This document shows, piece by piece, positions 19,030 through 29,707 of a stretch of DNA of 32,000 nt (position 1 is its first letter; every line of letters begins with the position of its first letter). Both the position numbers and the translations under genes were made by a program. The DNA is from Acaryochloris marina MBIC11017 (lineage in GTDB: Bacteria; Cyanobacteriota; Cyanobacteriia; Thermosynechococcales; Thermosynechococcaceae). The stretch covers positions 900,001 to 932,000 of the forward strand of contig NC_009925.1 in NCBI RefSeq assembly GCF_000018105.1. The letters are read 5' to 3'. The notes under the pieces are model-generated. The model was not told where the DNA came from. It searched no databases and was given only the letters and a program-made list of their open reading frames with translations.

Positions 19030-20490
19030 TTGAGAGACTGCCTTTACTTCCAAAGAATACCGACCGTGATTGCATCCCTTACGCACCGGACAAAAATCGT
19101 CGCTACCATTGGTCCGGCCAGTCGTTCTCCAGAAATTATTCGCCAAATGGTGAGGGCCGGAATGGATGTGGCCCGTTTGAATTTTTCCCACGGCACCTAC
19201 GAACAGCATGCCCAAATGGTAAAGCTGCTGCGGTCTGTGTCTGCAGAGCTAGATACGCCCATTACTTTGCTGCAAGATTTGCAAGGCCCCAAGATTCGAG
19301 TAGGCCAGATCACCGATGGGGCCATGAACTTAGTTGCAGGGGAGCGATTGACGTTAGTAGCGGAAGAGCACTTTCATAATCAGCCCCACACCGTTGCCAT
19401 TGACTATCCCTACTTGGCGAAAGAAGCTCAATCCGGAACGCCGATTTTGATGGATGATGGTTTGCTGGAATTACAGGTGGAACAGGTTGAAGGGGATCAA
19501 ATCCACTGTCAAATTATTCAAGGCGGCATTTTAGGCAGTCGTAAGGGCGTCAATCTCCCTAGCTTAGATTTACAGCTCCCGTCTCTCACGGGTAAGGATC
19601 GTCAAGATTTAGAGTTTGGTCTATCCCAAGGGGTGGACTGGGTCTCCCTTAGCTTTGTCCGTCGGGCCGCCGATATTCATCTCCTCAAAGAGGTGCTAGC
19701 GCAGCATGGGGCGGCAGATGTACCGGTGATGGCCAAGATTGAGAAACCCCATGCGATCGCAAATCTGGAAGCCATATTGGATGCCTGTGATGCGGTGATG
19801 GTGGCCCGAGGCGATTTGGGCGTTGAAATGAGTGCCGAAAAAGTCCCTAAGCTGCAGAAGCAAATCATTCGGGCCTGTAATAAGCGTAAACTTCCGGTGG
19901 TGACCGCCACACAAATGCTGGACAGCATGATTCGCAACCCTCGACCGACGCGAGCCGAGGCCAGTGACGTTGCCAACGCCATTATTGACGGTACTGATGC
20001 CGTGATGCTATCGGGGGAATCGGCTGTAGGCCAATATCCTGTTAAAGCTGTGGAGATGCTGGCCCGGATCGCCACGGATGTGGAGCCAGATTTAAACTTC
20101 GTCAATAATCCCCCGGCCTGTTTTGATGAGACCCATGCCCTCAGTGAGGCCCTGAGCGCCATCCAGGATGTCCTGACCTTAAAATGTATTGCCGCGTTTA
20201 CCTCATCGGGCTACACCGCAATGATGGCAGCAGGCGAACGCCCCCGAACCCCGGTTATTGCCATTACCCCCTGTGAAAAGGTTTACCATCGCCTTAATTT
20301 AGTTTGGGGCGTCAAGCCCATTTTGATTGACCACCAGGTGGAATCCTTTGAAGAGTTAGTATCTCAAGCCCAATCCTACTTACTGGCTAAACAGATTGTG
20401 GAGTCTGGAGACAAAATTTTGATTATCGGTGGCATTCCTACCCAACGGGCGAGGGGGACCAACTTTATCAAGATTCATCGGATTGAGTAG
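19030..20490 (+). CDS. pyk: Pyruvate kinase
   Basis: 486-aa ORF. Motifs [33 protein letters not shown] and ATQMLDSM. The track start is a TTG at 19030. A GTG at 19066 (giving [12 protein letters not shown]) is an alternative start. Confidence 0.95.
   Translation: MRDCLYFQRIPTVIASLTHRTKIVATIGPASRSPEIIRQMVRAGMDVARLNFSHGTYEQHAQMVKLLRSVSAELDTPITLLQDLQGPKIRVGQITDGAMNLVAGERLTLVAEEHFHNQPHTVAIDYPYLAKEAQSGTPILMDDGLLELQVEQVEGDQIHCQIIQGGILGSRKGVNLPSLDLQLPSLTGKDRQDLEFGLSQGVDWVSLSFVRRAADIHLLKEVLAQHGAADVPVMAKIEKPHAIANLEAILDACDAVMVARGDLGVEMSAEKVPKLQKQIIRACNKRKLPVVTATQMLDSMIRNPRPTRAEASDVANAIIDGTDAVMLSGESAVGQYPVKAVEMLARIATDVEPDLNFVNNPPACFDETHALSEALSAIQDVLTLKCIAAFTSSGYTAMMAAGERPRTPVIAITPCEKVYHRLNLVWGVKPILIDHQVESFEELVSQAQSYLLAKQIVESGDKILIIGGIPTQRARGTNFIKIHRIE
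19753..19760. repeat. HIP1 octamer GCGATCGC
   Basis: Exact GCGATCGC read in sequence (inside pyk). Confidence 0.95.
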
Positions 20491-20496
20491 GGGAAT

Positions 20497-23229
20497 TTAG
20501 CGCTTTTTTTGGCGCAGCCCCCATTTTTGTAGCTCTACTGCCAAAAAGCCCAGGCTGGCAACCCCAAGACAGAGTAGCAGCTCAACAACAGAAAGGGGCT
20601 GAGTCTCGAAGATCTTTTGGAACATTGGGTTGTAGAGGACCAATAATTGGAGTCCTGTGGTTAGGATCACCGATCCAAGTAACGGCTTGTTGCTCAAAAC
20701 TCCCATTTTGAAAAAAGACTCTTGCTCACCTCGAATGGCCTGAACTAGAAAAATTCGAGAAAACGCTAGGGTCGTAAAGATAAAGGTTTGCCATTGGGCC
20801 AAATCTAACTGCCAACCCCAATAGCCCACCCCCAAAAACAGACAGCCTAACCATAATCCGATCCAAGCAATATCCCGACCGACGCCCCGGCTAAATAAAT
20901 TCTCGGTCGGAGAGTAGGGAGAACGACGCATAATGTTGCGCTCTGCGGGTTCCACACTCAACCCAATCGCCAGTAGCCCATCGGCCAATAGATTGATCCA
21001 TAAAATTTGCAGGGGTAGAAGTGGAATGGGCATCCCCACCAAGGGAGCCATCAGGATCACCCACAGTTCACCACAATTGCCGCTAAGGGTGTACTTAATA
21101 AACTTGCGAATATTGTCATAAATGACTCGTCCTTCCCGCACAGCCGCCACGATAGTCGAAAAATCGTCATTTAGCAGAATCATATCTGCGGCCTGTTTGG
21201 CGACATCGGTGCCGGTGATACCCATGGCGACCCCAATATCGGCTTGTTTCAGGGCAGGGGCATCATTGATCCCATCGCCCGTCATGGCTACAATCTGACC
21301 TTGCTGCTGCAACGTACGTACAATCGCCAGCTTATGTTGAGGAGAGACCCGAGCATAAATCGAAACCTGCTGCACAGACTCAGAGAGCTGAGCTTCATTC
21401 AACTGAGTTAAGTCTTGACCAGTCAGGGGTGGGCGGCTGGAAATTTTTAGCTGCTGGGCAATAGCGTTGGCGGTAATCGGATGATCCCCCGTAATCATCA
21501 CCGGGCGAATCCCTGCGGTTTGGCATAAGAACACGGCGTCTTTGGCTTCGGGGCGGGGCGGATCAATCATGGCCACCAGTCCCATTAAAACTAAGTCCTG
21601 TTCTAGATTTTGTGGAGACAGCCCATTAGAACTTTGGGGAAGCCAGCGCAGGGCAATCCCCAAGATACGTTTTCCTTCAGCGGCTAAGCGGTCATGGATT
21701 TGAAAGATTTCGTGGCGTTTCGTCTCGGAAAGCGGTTCAATTCGATCAGCACTCCAAATATGACTGGATAAATCCAATAGACGGTCGAGGGCCCCCTTGG
21801 TAAACATCAGATTTAAGGAGCTGAGGGGCGCGGGAGCCTGTTGAGCCAAGGCTTCTAGACAGGGCATCGCCTTAAACGGATGCACGGTGCTCATCAATTT
21901 GCGATTGGCATCAAAGGGGAGTTCTTGATGTCGAGGCAGATCTTGACGGAATTGAGGTGGCCAGGGGCCCAACTGGGCTGAGACGGTTAGCAACGCTGTT
22001 TCAGTCGGATCCCCGAGAAGACGGTAGTGGTCAGGGTGCTCAGGGTCTAGTTCTAGACAGGCATCATTACAGAGGGCCAGCCCGGTCAACATAACATCAA
22101 GGGCCGATTGTTGATGGGGTTGGAGGTGCTGCACACATGGATGGGGGGGGTGTTCGGGGGTTAAGGGTATGGCGGCAGTCGGGAGGGTGATTTCTGTATC
22201 TGCAAAGACCAAATCTGTGACGGTCATGCGGTTTTCAGTCAGGGTCCCGGTTTTGTCCGAACAAATGACCGTCACGGACCCCAGGGTCTCCACAGCAGGC
22301 AACTTCCGAATCAGAGCCTGATGTTTCAACATCCGTTGAGCGCCCAACGCTAGGGCAATGGTGACAATGGCAGGTAACCCCTCTGGGACCGCTGCTACGC
22401 CTAAACTCACCGCTGTCAAAAACATAAACCGCAAGTTTTCGCCTTGGAGTAGTCCTATGAGAAAAATGATTAGGATTAGGATTGTGATTGCGATCGCAAG
22501 TTGTTGTCCAAACTGATCCAGCCGCTGTTGCAATAGCGTCGGACTGGGCTTTGCCGTTTGGATCGCTGCGGCAATCTGACCTAGCTCTGTTTTCATCCCA
22601 GTGTCAATGACAACCGCTTGACCTCGCCCATAGGTAACGGCAGTCCCCATATAGACCATATTGTGACGTTCGGCTAAGGGGCACTGATTTCCTAAGGCAT
22701 CGCGGATCTTATCAACGGGTTCAGATTCTCCTGTTAGGGAGGCTTCCTGTATCCGTAAGGAGGCACTATCAACCACTCGGCAATCGGCAGGCACTAGATT
22801 GCCAGCTTCAATGGCGATGATATCCCCTGGGACCAGGGATTGAGCCCCAACCTCTTGCCAGGAATTCTGGCGTCGCACCCGAACAGAGGGAACAGCCAGC
22901 TTTTTCAACGCAGCAATGGCTTGTTCCGCTTGATAATCTTGAAAGAAGCCCAATCCAGCATTGAAAATAACAATGGCAAAAATCGCTAGGGCATCTTTAA
23001 TATCCCCTAGCAAACCAGACAGAACTGCAGCCACAATCAGAATCAAAACCATCGTGGCCGTTAGCTGTTTCCACAGCATCTGCCAAGGACTTTCGCGGTC
23101 TTGTTCGATGAGTTCATTCAGACCATGGGTCTGTTGCCGATTCGTTACCTCAGTTTGGGAGAGCCCCTGATCAAGAGAGGTGTCCAGATGATGCAGGACG
23201 TCCTCTGGATGCAGTTGATACCACTCCAT
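20497..23229 (-). CDS. P-type ATPase, PIIA (SERCA/PacL-like, probable Ca2+ pump)
   Basis: 910-aa ORF. Motifs [18 protein letters not shown] (TM4 PEGL), [11 protein letters not shown] and [22 protein letters not shown]. The TM5/6 residues SGNCGE and WINLLADG are colinear with SERCA Ca-site residues. It is convergent with pyk, with only 6 nt between the stops. Confidence 0.93.
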   Translation of the reverse strand: MEWYQLHPEDVLHHLDTSLDQGLSQTEVTNRQQTHGLNELIEQDRESPWQMLWKQLTATMVLILIVAAVLSGLLGDIKDALAIFAIVIFNAGLGFFQDYQAEQAIAALKKLAVPSVRVRRQNSWQEVGAQSLVPGDIIAIEAGNLVPADCRVVDSASLRIQEASLTGESEPVDKIRDALGNQCPLAERHNMVYMGTAVTYGRGQAVVIDTGMKTELGQIAAAIQTAKPSPTLLQQRLDQFGQQLAIAITILILIIFLIGLLQGENLRFMFLTAVSLGVAAVPEGLPAIVTIALALGAQRMLKHQALIRKLPAVETLGSVTVICSDKTGTLTENRMTVTDLVFADTEITLPTAAIPLTPEHPPHPCVQHLQPHQQSALDVMLTGLALCNDACLELDPEHPDHYRLLGDPTETALLTVSAQLGPWPPQFRQDLPRHQELPFDANRKLMSTVHPFKAMPCLEALAQQAPAPLSSLNLMFTKGALDRLLDLSSHIWSADRIEPLSETKRHEIFQIHDRLAAEGKRILGIALRWLPQSSNGLSPQNLEQDLVLMGLVAMIDPPRPEAKDAVFLCQTAGIRPVMITGDHPITANAIAQQLKISSRPPLTGQDLTQLNEAQLSESVQQVSIYARVSPQHKLAIVRTLQQQGQIVAMTGDGINDAPALKQADIGVAMGITGTDVAKQAADMILLNDDFSTIVAAVREGRVIYDNIRKFIKYTLSGNCGELWVILMAPLVGMPIPLLPLQILWINLLADGLLAIGLSVEPAERNIMRRSPYSPTENLFSRGVGRDIAWIGLWLGCLFLGVGYWGWQLDLAQWQTFIFTTLAFSRIFLVQAIRGEQESFFKMGVLSNKPLLGSVILTTGLQLLVLYNPMFQKIFETQPLSVVELLLCLGVASLGFLAVELQKWGLRQKKR
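22490..22497. repeat. HIP1 octamer GCGATCGC
   Basis: Exact GCGATCGC read in sequence (inside the PIIA ATPase gene). Confidence 0.95.
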
Positions 23230-23379
23230 ACTGGATTCCCTCTAATGCATGGTCTTTTATCCCCGCCCTACCAAAGACAGAGATCCATCGCTCTACCCCA
23301 ATTGTAGTGATCGAGGAACGGGATACATCCAAATACTGAGCAAGAAGAGAGATAACTTATTGCGATTCATTGAGATTAT

Positions 23380-23393
23380 CTGGATCAATCCAG
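23380..23393. promoter_or_regulatory. 14-bp palindrome in a divergent promoter region (candidate operator)
   Basis: CTGGATcaATCCAG at 23380-23393. It is followed by tandem GGGATCAtca / GGGATCAacatca at 23425-23447. The region lies between the divergently transcribed P-type ATPase and the 1062-aa gene. Confidence 0.25.
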
Positions 23394-23506
23394 GTATGTT
23401 TTAGGCTCAGAAATGTTCATGCTCGGGATCATCAGGGATCAACATCAGAATTATTCACCTAAGACAGGAATTAAGCCAAAATTAAGGTATTGGGCAGAGT
23501 GTATTT

Positions 23507-26500
23507 ATGGTCAATTTAGCTGAGATTCCGTCTGGTTCGTCCCCATGGAAATTGGGGCGACTGGCTCAGTTATTGCTTTTGGCCGTGGTGGTGCTCACCT
23601 ATAGCGTTATTGAGATGGCGGTGGCGAATTCGCTGTTTCTCACCCATGCGGGCGCAGATGGTTTGCCCTTAGCCTTTATCTTGATTGGCCTGTTTTCAAT
23701 CCCAGCCTATGCGCTGTTTTCTCAAGTTGTAGATCGGTATAGTCGGCCTCAACTCTTTCGTTACATGCTGATGCTGGCTGCAGTGATGGCTGTCGGCATG
23801 CGGTTCCTGCTCGCTGAGACCGGGCTCGTCACCTACTATATTGTTCTGATTTTGGTCTTTTTTCAGTGGGACTTTCATAACAATATTCTCTATGCCAGCT
23901 TACTGACAGATTATTTTTCGGCCCTGGACTATAAGCGGTATGCCCCGTTTATTGGCATGGCCCAGGCCGCTGGCACCCTAGTCGGAGGCGGATTGACGGC
24001 GTTATTGTCCCATTTCTTTTCTACCCGAGAGCTATTGCTGGGGTTGCCGGTTGTATTTGGAATTGCGATCGCACAATTGTTCTTCCTGGAAAACACCCAG
24101 CGCCAAATTGAAACCGTCGGCAAAAAAGATAATGTGGGCATGATCGAGGCCTTGAAGACCTTTCCCGACTTGGTGAAACGCTACCCGCTGATGCTATTTC
24201 TAGCCGCCAGCAGTTTTTTGTTGGTGATTATCTACCTATCTGCCGAATTTTTATGGTTTAGCATCTATGCCGATAACTTTACCGAAGATGCCCTTACAGG
24301 TTTCTTAGGCTTAATGCGGGTAAGCGTCAGCGTTATTCAGGTGCTAGTACTCTATTGCTTTACCCGTCCCCTGTTGCACTGGGTCGGGGTGGCCCGCATG
24401 AATGTGGTCTATCCCTTAACCACCCTGTTTGGTCTGTTTGGCATCGTCCTACAAACCAGCCTACCCGCGGCCGTCGCCCTCCATATCAATGGAGATGGTC
24501 TCTACAAAAGCATCAACATCCCGGTTCATCAGCTCAACTACAATGCCGTTCCCCGAGAGTTTCTCGGTCGAATTCGCACCTTGAGCGATGGCTTTTTCTA
24601 TGCGGTGGGCTTAACCTCAGCGGGGGGACTCCTGTGGATTTGCCATCACACCCTCAGCTTGGCCCAAATTTCCTGGATCGCCATTGGCCTGACTTGCGTG
24701 TTATTTGGTCTGCGCCTACCCATGGGTAAATACTATGCCCAGGGTCTAGAAGAAATGATTCGTTCGGATGCCATTAACTTGGATGAGCTGGGGGATGTGC
24801 AGGCGCAATTTCCGGCAGAGTCCAATGCGGTGATTCGCGACTTACTCAAAGATAGCGATCGCTACACTCAAATTAAGGGCCTGGAATTTGCAACCCAACT
24901 AGGGCAACCCAGCCAGTTTTATTTGGATGTCCAGCCATTGCTAGGACAGGACGATCCTGAGTTACAAACGGCTATCGTTCGTCTATTCAGCACGAATCCA
25001 GATCCAGAAACCGTCGCGATTTTCGAAGATTGTCTTCAGACTGCCTCTGGGCCGCTCCGCTCCATTGCCTTGGAGATACTGATTGCGAATCGTTATCCCT
25101 TTACAGCAGAACAGCTACAGACCCTTCTAAAAGAAGCCGATCCAACCATTCGGTCCTTAGCCGCTGTCGCCGTCGATCAAGTCGGCCAAACGGACGAGAC
25201 CCTGCAATCCACCTGCGATCAAATCTGGTACTCAGGTTTGTCTGAAGCTGCGGGTCAAGCCGTTGTGCGGGTGGTCGCCTGTAGCCAAGATCGCAGCCTG
25301 ATGCCGTTGCTCACGAAATTGCTGATCCAGGACGACCCTGGCATCCAGCAAGAGAGCTTGGCTATCCTAGCTACTCTGGGCCAAGCGGGGGACCGAGATC
25401 TCGCAGATATTGCCATTACGGCCCTCGACCATCCTGCTCCGTTAGTGCGAGCTGCAGCCTTTCAGTTATTGGGAGTGGTCCATGTCCCTGATTATGTCAC
25501 CCATATTGCCGTAGGATTTGAAGATCCTGATCCTCGGGTTCGACAGCAGGCGGCTCAGATTTTACCCGCCTATGGCAAGTCTGGATTGCTGATGGCCCAA
25601 GAGAGTTTATCTGCGGATGATGCGGAAGTTGTGAATACTGCGATCGCAGCCATCGGACAGGTACGCAATCGACAGGCCGGGAAGATCTTGTACGAACACC
25701 TAGCGCCTGAGTTTCAGCAGCTCGTCCATACTCGCAAATGGCAGCAGCAAATCCCCAGCACAGTCCCCAATTGGCAACCCTTAGCCTTAGCCATTGAAGA
25801 CTTTCACAATCGCCTCTTGCAAAAAGTGCTCTACATTTTGGCCTGTTTGGGGCATGACCGAACCGTCAACGCCATTAATCGGATTTTGAGCACCAATGAG
25901 CAAAAGGATTTGGCCAGCGCGGTCGAAGCCTTGGCTTCCTTGAAAAATCGTCGCTTTGTCTTACCGCTTCTGCCCGTGCTGGAACAGTTTGTCAAAAAAG
26001 AGGCAACGAGTGGACGGAGCTGTGTTGAACCCCAATGGATGCGCGATAAAGGGTATAAATTACTGTTAGAGGCCTTGGAAACTCAGGATCGATGGATTCG
26101 GATCGGGGCTTTAATTGCCCTAGCGGGGGTACCCTCTGCTTTAGTCAATGATCCAGACCCCCTGGTCAAAACCGTGGCAGAACAGATTTTTCTGTCGGTT
26201 GATCCAGATCCTTTACCCACTCATCAATTTATGAAACGCCTGCTGCTGCTCAAGGAAGTTGCTCTGTTTAAGAACCTATCGCTGGATGAGCTACTGCTGA
26301 TTGACCAAACCCTAGAACAAGAGCAAAAACTGGCCGGGGAAACCATCTTTTCAGAAGGGAGCTGGTGTACTCACTTCTACATCATTGCTGAGGGTAAGGT
26401 TCAGATTGTGAAGAACATTGATGACCAATCCCGCGATTTAAAGCAGCTTTCAGTCGGAGAATACTTTGGGGAAGTGGCTTTGTTTGATGACGCCCCCCAT

Positions 26501-26695
26501 TGGGATGGAGCTGTCGCGTTAGAAGATTGCACATTGCTAAAGCTAGAGAAGAACCGCTTTATTAGCTTAATGACCCAGCGCCCCCATATTATTTTGGAAA
26601 TTTGCCGATTCCTGAGCCAGCGCCTTCGAGAAACAGATAATTACCGTTCTTTAGGCACTTTAGAAACCTCTCAACTTTCAGAGGTTCAATCGTAA
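23507..26695 (+). CDS. Multidomain membrane protein: TLC/NTT-like (MFS-like) transporter domain, HEAT-repeat array and C-terminal cyclic-nucleotide-binding-like domain
   Basis: 1062-aa ORF. The first ~420 aa are polytopic and the N-terminus resembles ADP/ATP-translocase (TLC) family starts (..LTYSVIEMAVANSLFLTHAGADGLPLAFILIG..). Repeated HEAT/PBS-lyase-like units follow (DPTIRSLAAVAV, HPAPLVRAAAFQLLG, DPDPRVRQQAAQIL, DRWIRIGALIAL, DPDPLVKTVAEQI). The C-terminal CAP-type beta-roll carries LFKNLSLDEL...GETIFSEGS...FYIIAEGKV...GEYFGEVALF. Confidence 0.9.
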   Translation: MVNLAEIPSGSSPWKLGRLAQLLLLAVVVLTYSVIEMAVANSLFLTHAGADGLPLAFILIGLFSIPAYALFSQVVDRYSRPQLFRYMLMLAAVMAVGMRFLLAETGLVTYYIVLILVFFQWDFHNNILYASLLTDYFSALDYKRYAPFIGMAQAAGTLVGGGLTALLSHFFSTRELLLGLPVVFGIAIAQLFFLENTQRQIETVGKKDNVGMIEALKTFPDLVKRYPLMLFLAASSFLLVIIYLSAEFLWFSIYADNFTEDALTGFLGLMRVSVSVIQVLVLYCFTRPLLHWVGVARMNVVYPLTTLFGLFGIVLQTSLPAAVALHINGDGLYKSINIPVHQLNYNAVPREFLGRIRTLSDGFFYAVGLTSAGGLLWICHHTLSLAQISWIAIGLTCVLFGLRLPMGKYYAQGLEEMIRSDAINLDELGDVQAQFPAESNAVIRDLLKDSDRYTQIKGLEFATQLGQPSQFYLDVQPLLGQDDPELQTAIVRLFSTNPDPETVAIFEDCLQTASGPLRSIALEILIANRYPFTAEQLQTLLKEADPTIRSLAAVAVDQVGQTDETLQSTCDQIWYSGLSEAAGQAVVRVVACSQDRSLMPLLTKLLIQDDPGIQQESLAILATLGQAGDRDLADIAITALDHPAPLVRAAAFQLLGVVHVPDYVTHIAVGFEDPDPRVRQQAAQILPAYGKSGLLMAQESLSADDAEVVNTAIAAIGQVRNRQAGKILYEHLAPEFQQLVHTRKWQQQIPSTVPNWQPLALAIEDFHNRLLQKVLYILACLGHDRTVNAINRILSTNEQKDLASAVEALASLKNRRFVLPLLPVLEQFVKKEATSGRSCVEPQWMRDKGYKLLLEALETQDRWIRIGALIALAGVPSALVNDPDPLVKTVAEQIFLSVDPDPLPTHQFMKRLLLLKEVALFKNLSLDELLLIDQTLEQEQKLAGETIFSEGSWCTHFYIIAEGKVQIVKNIDDQSRDLKQLSVGEYFGEVALFDDAPHWDGAVALEDCTLLKLEKNRFISLMTQRPHIILEICRFLSQRLRETDNYRSLGTLETSQLSEVQS
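24065..24072. repeat. HIP1 octamer GCGATCGC
   Basis: Exact GCGATCGC read in sequence (inside the 1062-aa gene). Confidence 0.95.
24855..24862. repeat. HIP1 octamer GCGATCGC
   Basis: Exact GCGATCGC read in sequence (inside the 1062-aa gene). Confidence 0.95.
25640..25647. repeat. HIP1 octamer GCGATCGC
   Basis: Exact GCGATCGC read in sequence (inside the 1062-aa gene). Confidence 0.95.
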
Positions 26696-26787
26696 GCAGG
26701 TTCTACACTAGAAATAGAATCAGCTACCCTGGCATCAAATAAAGTCATTGCAGAATGATGCTATAGACGACGAGATAGGACTGCACC

Positions 26788-27390
26788 ATGACCCTTGCTA
26801 GTCAACGGAATCTCTCATTTACAGAATTTTTGGACCAATATCCAGAAGATGGATTTTATGAGCTAGTTAACGGAGAAATTGTGCGTATATTGGCCACTCG
26901 GCAACTTGAGGACATTGCCGATTTTATTGCGGATGTCTTCAAGGCAGAAGTGAGCCGATGCCAGATGAACTATAAAGTATCAGATCGCATTGTCTTGGCT
27001 ACCCAAACCCAAACTGGCCAAGAACAAGGGCGTCATCCTGATGTCAGCGTGGTTGACCAAACCATTTGGCGGTCCAATCGGACCGCTTATACAGCTCTTC
27101 GCGAGCCGATTCAGCTTGCGGTTGAAGTGGTTTCAACCAACTGGGAAGACGACTATGAAGACAAATTGGATGAATACCAAAGATTGGGAATCTCAGAATA
27201 TTGGATTGTGGACTATCTCGCTTTGGGAAGTCGTTCCTATCTGGGCTTTCCTAAGCAACCTGCTGTGTTCGTTTACCAGTTGGATGCTCAAGGGCACTAT
27301 CAATATCAACGGTTTCAAGAAAACGATCTCATCCAATCTCTAACTTTCCTAGAACTACAATTAACCTTGGGGCAAATCTTGATGGCATAG
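26788..27390 (+). CDS. Uma2 family (DUF820) putative endonuclease
   Basis: 200-aa ORF. The N-terminus is typical of this family (..FTEFLDQYPEDGFYELVNGEIV..). The PD-(D/E)xK-like core is ..HPDVSVV...LAVEVVS....D...K...Y...GI.EYWIVD. Confidence 0.8.
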   Translation: MTLASQRNLSFTEFLDQYPEDGFYELVNGEIVRILATRQLEDIADFIADVFKAEVSRCQMNYKVSDRIVLATQTQTGQEQGRHPDVSVVDQTIWRSNRTAYTALREPIQLAVEVVSTNWEDDYEDKLDEYQRLGISEYWIVDYLALGSRSYLGFPKQPAVFVYQLDAQGHYQYQRFQENDLIQSLTFLELQLTLGQILMA

Positions 27391-27442
27391 GGATAGGCTA
27401 GAGCGAAGACCCCGATGAGCCTGATTTGGGGAGGAGTTTAAC

Positions 27443-29707
27443 ATGACCCAAACTGTGACACTAAAGCTGGATGGGATGAGCTGTGCTGCTTGTGCTAACA
27501 GTATCGAGAAAGTCCTTAAGAATTTAGCGGGTGTTGAGGACTGCAGTGTCAACTTTGGGGCTGAGCAAGCGACGGTCCACTACAACCCCGAACAAATCCA
27601 ACCCAAAGCTGTGGCTGCATCCATTGATGCTGCTGGATTTGGAGCTGAGATTCTGGATGATCAAGATTGGTACAAGCTATCCGATAATCTTACCCAGAGT
27701 CCTTCATCTACAACATCCCAACAACTTCGACTCAAAGTATTGATCGGTGGCATAATCAGCGTCCTACTGATGGTCGGGTCACTGCCGATGATGACGGGTA
27801 TCCCCATGGCATGGATTCCCGCTTGGGCCCATCACCCCATCTTGCAGTTTATTCTGACCGTGCCAGTCCAGTTCTGGTGTGGCTATTCCTTCTATGGTGG
27901 AGCGCTCAAAGCGCTAAAGCAGCGAACTGCCACGATGGATACGCTGATCGCCCTGGGCACCAGTGCCGCTTTTTTCTATTCCTTGGTGGTGACCTTTATC
28001 CCTGCAGGAACAGACCAGGACCTTGGGGTTTACTACGAAACCTCTGCTGTGGTGATTACCCTAATTTTGTTGGGACGATGGTTTGAAGATCGTGCCAAAG
28101 GCCAAACTTCTACAGCGATTCGTCAGTTGATGGGCTTGCAGGCCAAAACGGCTCGGGTGATTCAGGATGGACAGGTCGTGGAGATTGAGATCGCATCTGT
28201 GCAACCCGGTGATACCGTCCTCGTCCGTCCCGGAGAAAAAATCCCCGTAGATGGCGAAATCATTGAAGGTCAATCCACCGTGGATGAAGCAATGGTAACG
28301 GGGGAAAGCCAGCCCGTCCAGAAGCAACCCGGCGATCTCGTGATTGGGGCAACGCTGAATAAAACGGGCAGTTTCCAATTCCGTGCCACTCATGTGGGCA
28401 AAGAGACGGTCTTGGCTCAGATCGTCAAATTAGTGCAAGAGGCACAGGGGTCGAAAGCGCCGATTCAACGCTTGGCCGATCAAGTCACGGGCTGGTTTGT
28501 CCCAGCCGTGATCACCATTGCGGTCCTCACCTTTATCGTCTGGCTACTCACCACCCAAACCCTTTCCTTAGCCTTAATTACAGCGGTTGGCGTTCTGATC
28601 ATTGCTTGCCCTTGTGCTTTGGGATTAGCCACGCCTACTTCCGTCATGGTGGGCACAGGCAAAGGGGCAGAACATGGCATTTTGATCAAAGGGGCCGAGA
28701 GTTTGGAGCTGGCTCATAAGATTCAAACCATCGTGCTGGATAAAACGGGCACCCTGACCGAGGGGAAGCCGACGGTGACGGATTTTATGGCTGTAAAAGG
28801 CACGAGTCATGGCAATGAGCTTCATCTCTTGCAGCTAGCCAGTATCATCGAAAGTCACTCCGAGCATCCGTTGGCTGAAGCGGTCGTTCGTTACGCTCAA
28901 GCCCAGGGTGTGGACGTATCGCTGAGTGATACGCAAAATTTTGCTGCGATCGCAGGTCAAGGCGTCCAAGCCCAAGTCCAAGGCCGCCAGGTTTATATCG
29001 GTACCCAGCGCTGGTTTCAGACTTTAAAAATCAAAACGGATGCGCTGCAGACCTATGCTCACCAATGGGAAATTCAAAGCAAAACCGTGATTTGGCTGGC
29101 AGTGGATCATCAGCTCGAAGCCATTATGGGCATTGCGGATGCTTTGAAGCCCACATCAATTGAGGTGGTCCAAACCCTGAAGCAGATGGGGTTAGAGGTG
29201 GTGATGCTAACGGGGGATAATCAGCGTACTGCAGGTGCGATCGCAGCCCAAGCCCACATTGAGCAAGTCAAAGCAGAAGTCCGCCCCGACCAAAAAGCTG
29301 CCGCTATTCAACAACTCCAGGCTAATGGCCACATCGTCGCCATGGTGGGGGATGGCATTAACGATGCCCCCGCCTTAGCTCAAGCCGATGTAGGCATGGC
29401 CATTGGTACAGGCACTGATGTTGCCATTGCTGCCAGTGACATCACCTTGATTTCAGGAGATCTACAGAGTATCGTCACGGCCATTCAGCTGAGCCGGGCC
29501 ACCATGGGCAACATCCGTCAGAATCTTTTCTTTGCCTTTATCTACAACATTATTGGCATCCCCGTCGCCGCCGGAATTCTCTACCCCTTCTGGGGATTAC
29601 TCCTTAACCCGATGATTGCGGGGGCAGCCATGGCCTTTAGCTCTGTTTCGGTGGTCACCAATGCTCTCCGACTGCGGCGGTTTCAACCGGGGTCATTTCG
29701 CCAGTAA
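27443..29707 (+). CDS. Copper(I)-translocating P1B-1-type ATPase (CtaA/PacS/CopA-like)
   Basis: 754-aa ORF. One N-terminal HMA domain ([13 protein letters not shown]). Motifs TGES, TM4 CPC ([13 protein letters not shown]), DKTGTLT, SEHPLA and [12 protein letters not shown]5 YN (FIYNIIG) and TM6 MxxSS (MAFSSVSV) are the Cu(I)/Ag(I) subgroup signature. A strong SD (GGGGAGGAG) precedes the ATG. Confidence 0.95.
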   Translation: MTQTVTLKLDGMSCAACANSIEKVLKNLAGVEDCSVNFGAEQATVHYNPEQIQPKAVAASIDAAGFGAEILDDQDWYKLSDNLTQSPSSTTSQQLRLKVLIGGIISVLLMVGSLPMMTGIPMAWIPAWAHHPILQFILTVPVQFWCGYSFYGGALKALKQRTATMDTLIALGTSAAFFYSLVVTFIPAGTDQDLGVYYETSAVVITLILLGRWFEDRAKGQTSTAIRQLMGLQAKTARVIQDGQVVEIEIASVQPGDTVLVRPGEKIPVDGEIIEGQSTVDEAMVTGESQPVQKQPGDLVIGATLNKTGSFQFRATHVGKETVLAQIVKLVQEAQGSKAPIQRLADQVTGWFVPAVITIAVLTFIVWLLTTQTLSLALITAVGVLIIACPCALGLATPTSVMVGTGKGAEHGILIKGAESLELAHKIQTIVLDKTGTLTEGKPTVTDFMAVKGTSHGNELHLLQLASIIESHSEHPLAEAVVRYAQAQGVDVSLSDTQNFAAIAGQGVQAQVQGRQVYIGTQRWFQTLKIKTDALQTYAHQWEIQSKTVIWLAVDHQLEAIMGIADALKPTSIEVVQTLKQMGLEVVMLTGDNQRTAGAIAAQAHIEQVKAEVRPDQKAAAIQQLQANGHIVAMVGDGINDAPALAQADVGMAIGTGTDVAIAASDITLISGDLQSIVTAIQLSRATMGNIRQNLFFAFIYNIIGIPVAAGILYPFWGLLLNPMIAGAAMAFSSVSVVTNALRLRRFQPGSFRQ
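28946..28953. repeat. HIP1 octamer GCGATCGC
   Basis: Exact GCGATCGC read in sequence (inside the Cu ATPase gene). Confidence 0.95.
29237..29244. repeat. HIP1 octamer GCGATCGC
   Basis: Exact GCGATCGC read in sequence (inside the Cu ATPase gene). Confidence 0.95.

Noticed and set aside
18972-19379. 135-aa ORF upstream of and overlapping the pyk start
   Set aside because: It is out of frame with pyk, overlaps about 350 nt of the conserved PK N-domain and has an Arg/Cys/Pro-rich composition.
22468-22497. Tandem hexamer-like repeat GATTAGGATTAGGATTGTGATTGCGAT
   Set aside because: It is the antisense of Ile/Leu codons of a TM helix (..[10 protein letters not shown]..) in the P-type ATPase. It is a coding-driven periodicity, not a repeat element.
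23230-23330. yybP-ykoY (Mn2+) riboswitch-like words in the leader of the PIIA ATPase (minus strand: ttGGGGTAGAGCG ... GGGGATAAAAGACC)
   Set aside because: GGGGUAGAGCG differs from the conserved GGGGAGUAGCG. The span between the two words is only about 55 nt, against about 100 nt for the four-helix element. I could not draw a closing P1 helix.
26990-27343. 117-aa alternative-frame ORF inside the Uma2 gene, and the 63-aa minus-strand ORF 27361..27552 bridging Uma2 and the Cu ATPase
   Set aside because: The Uma2 frame carries the family motifs and the alternative frame does not. The bridging ORF overlaps the HMA domain coding sequence in antisense.
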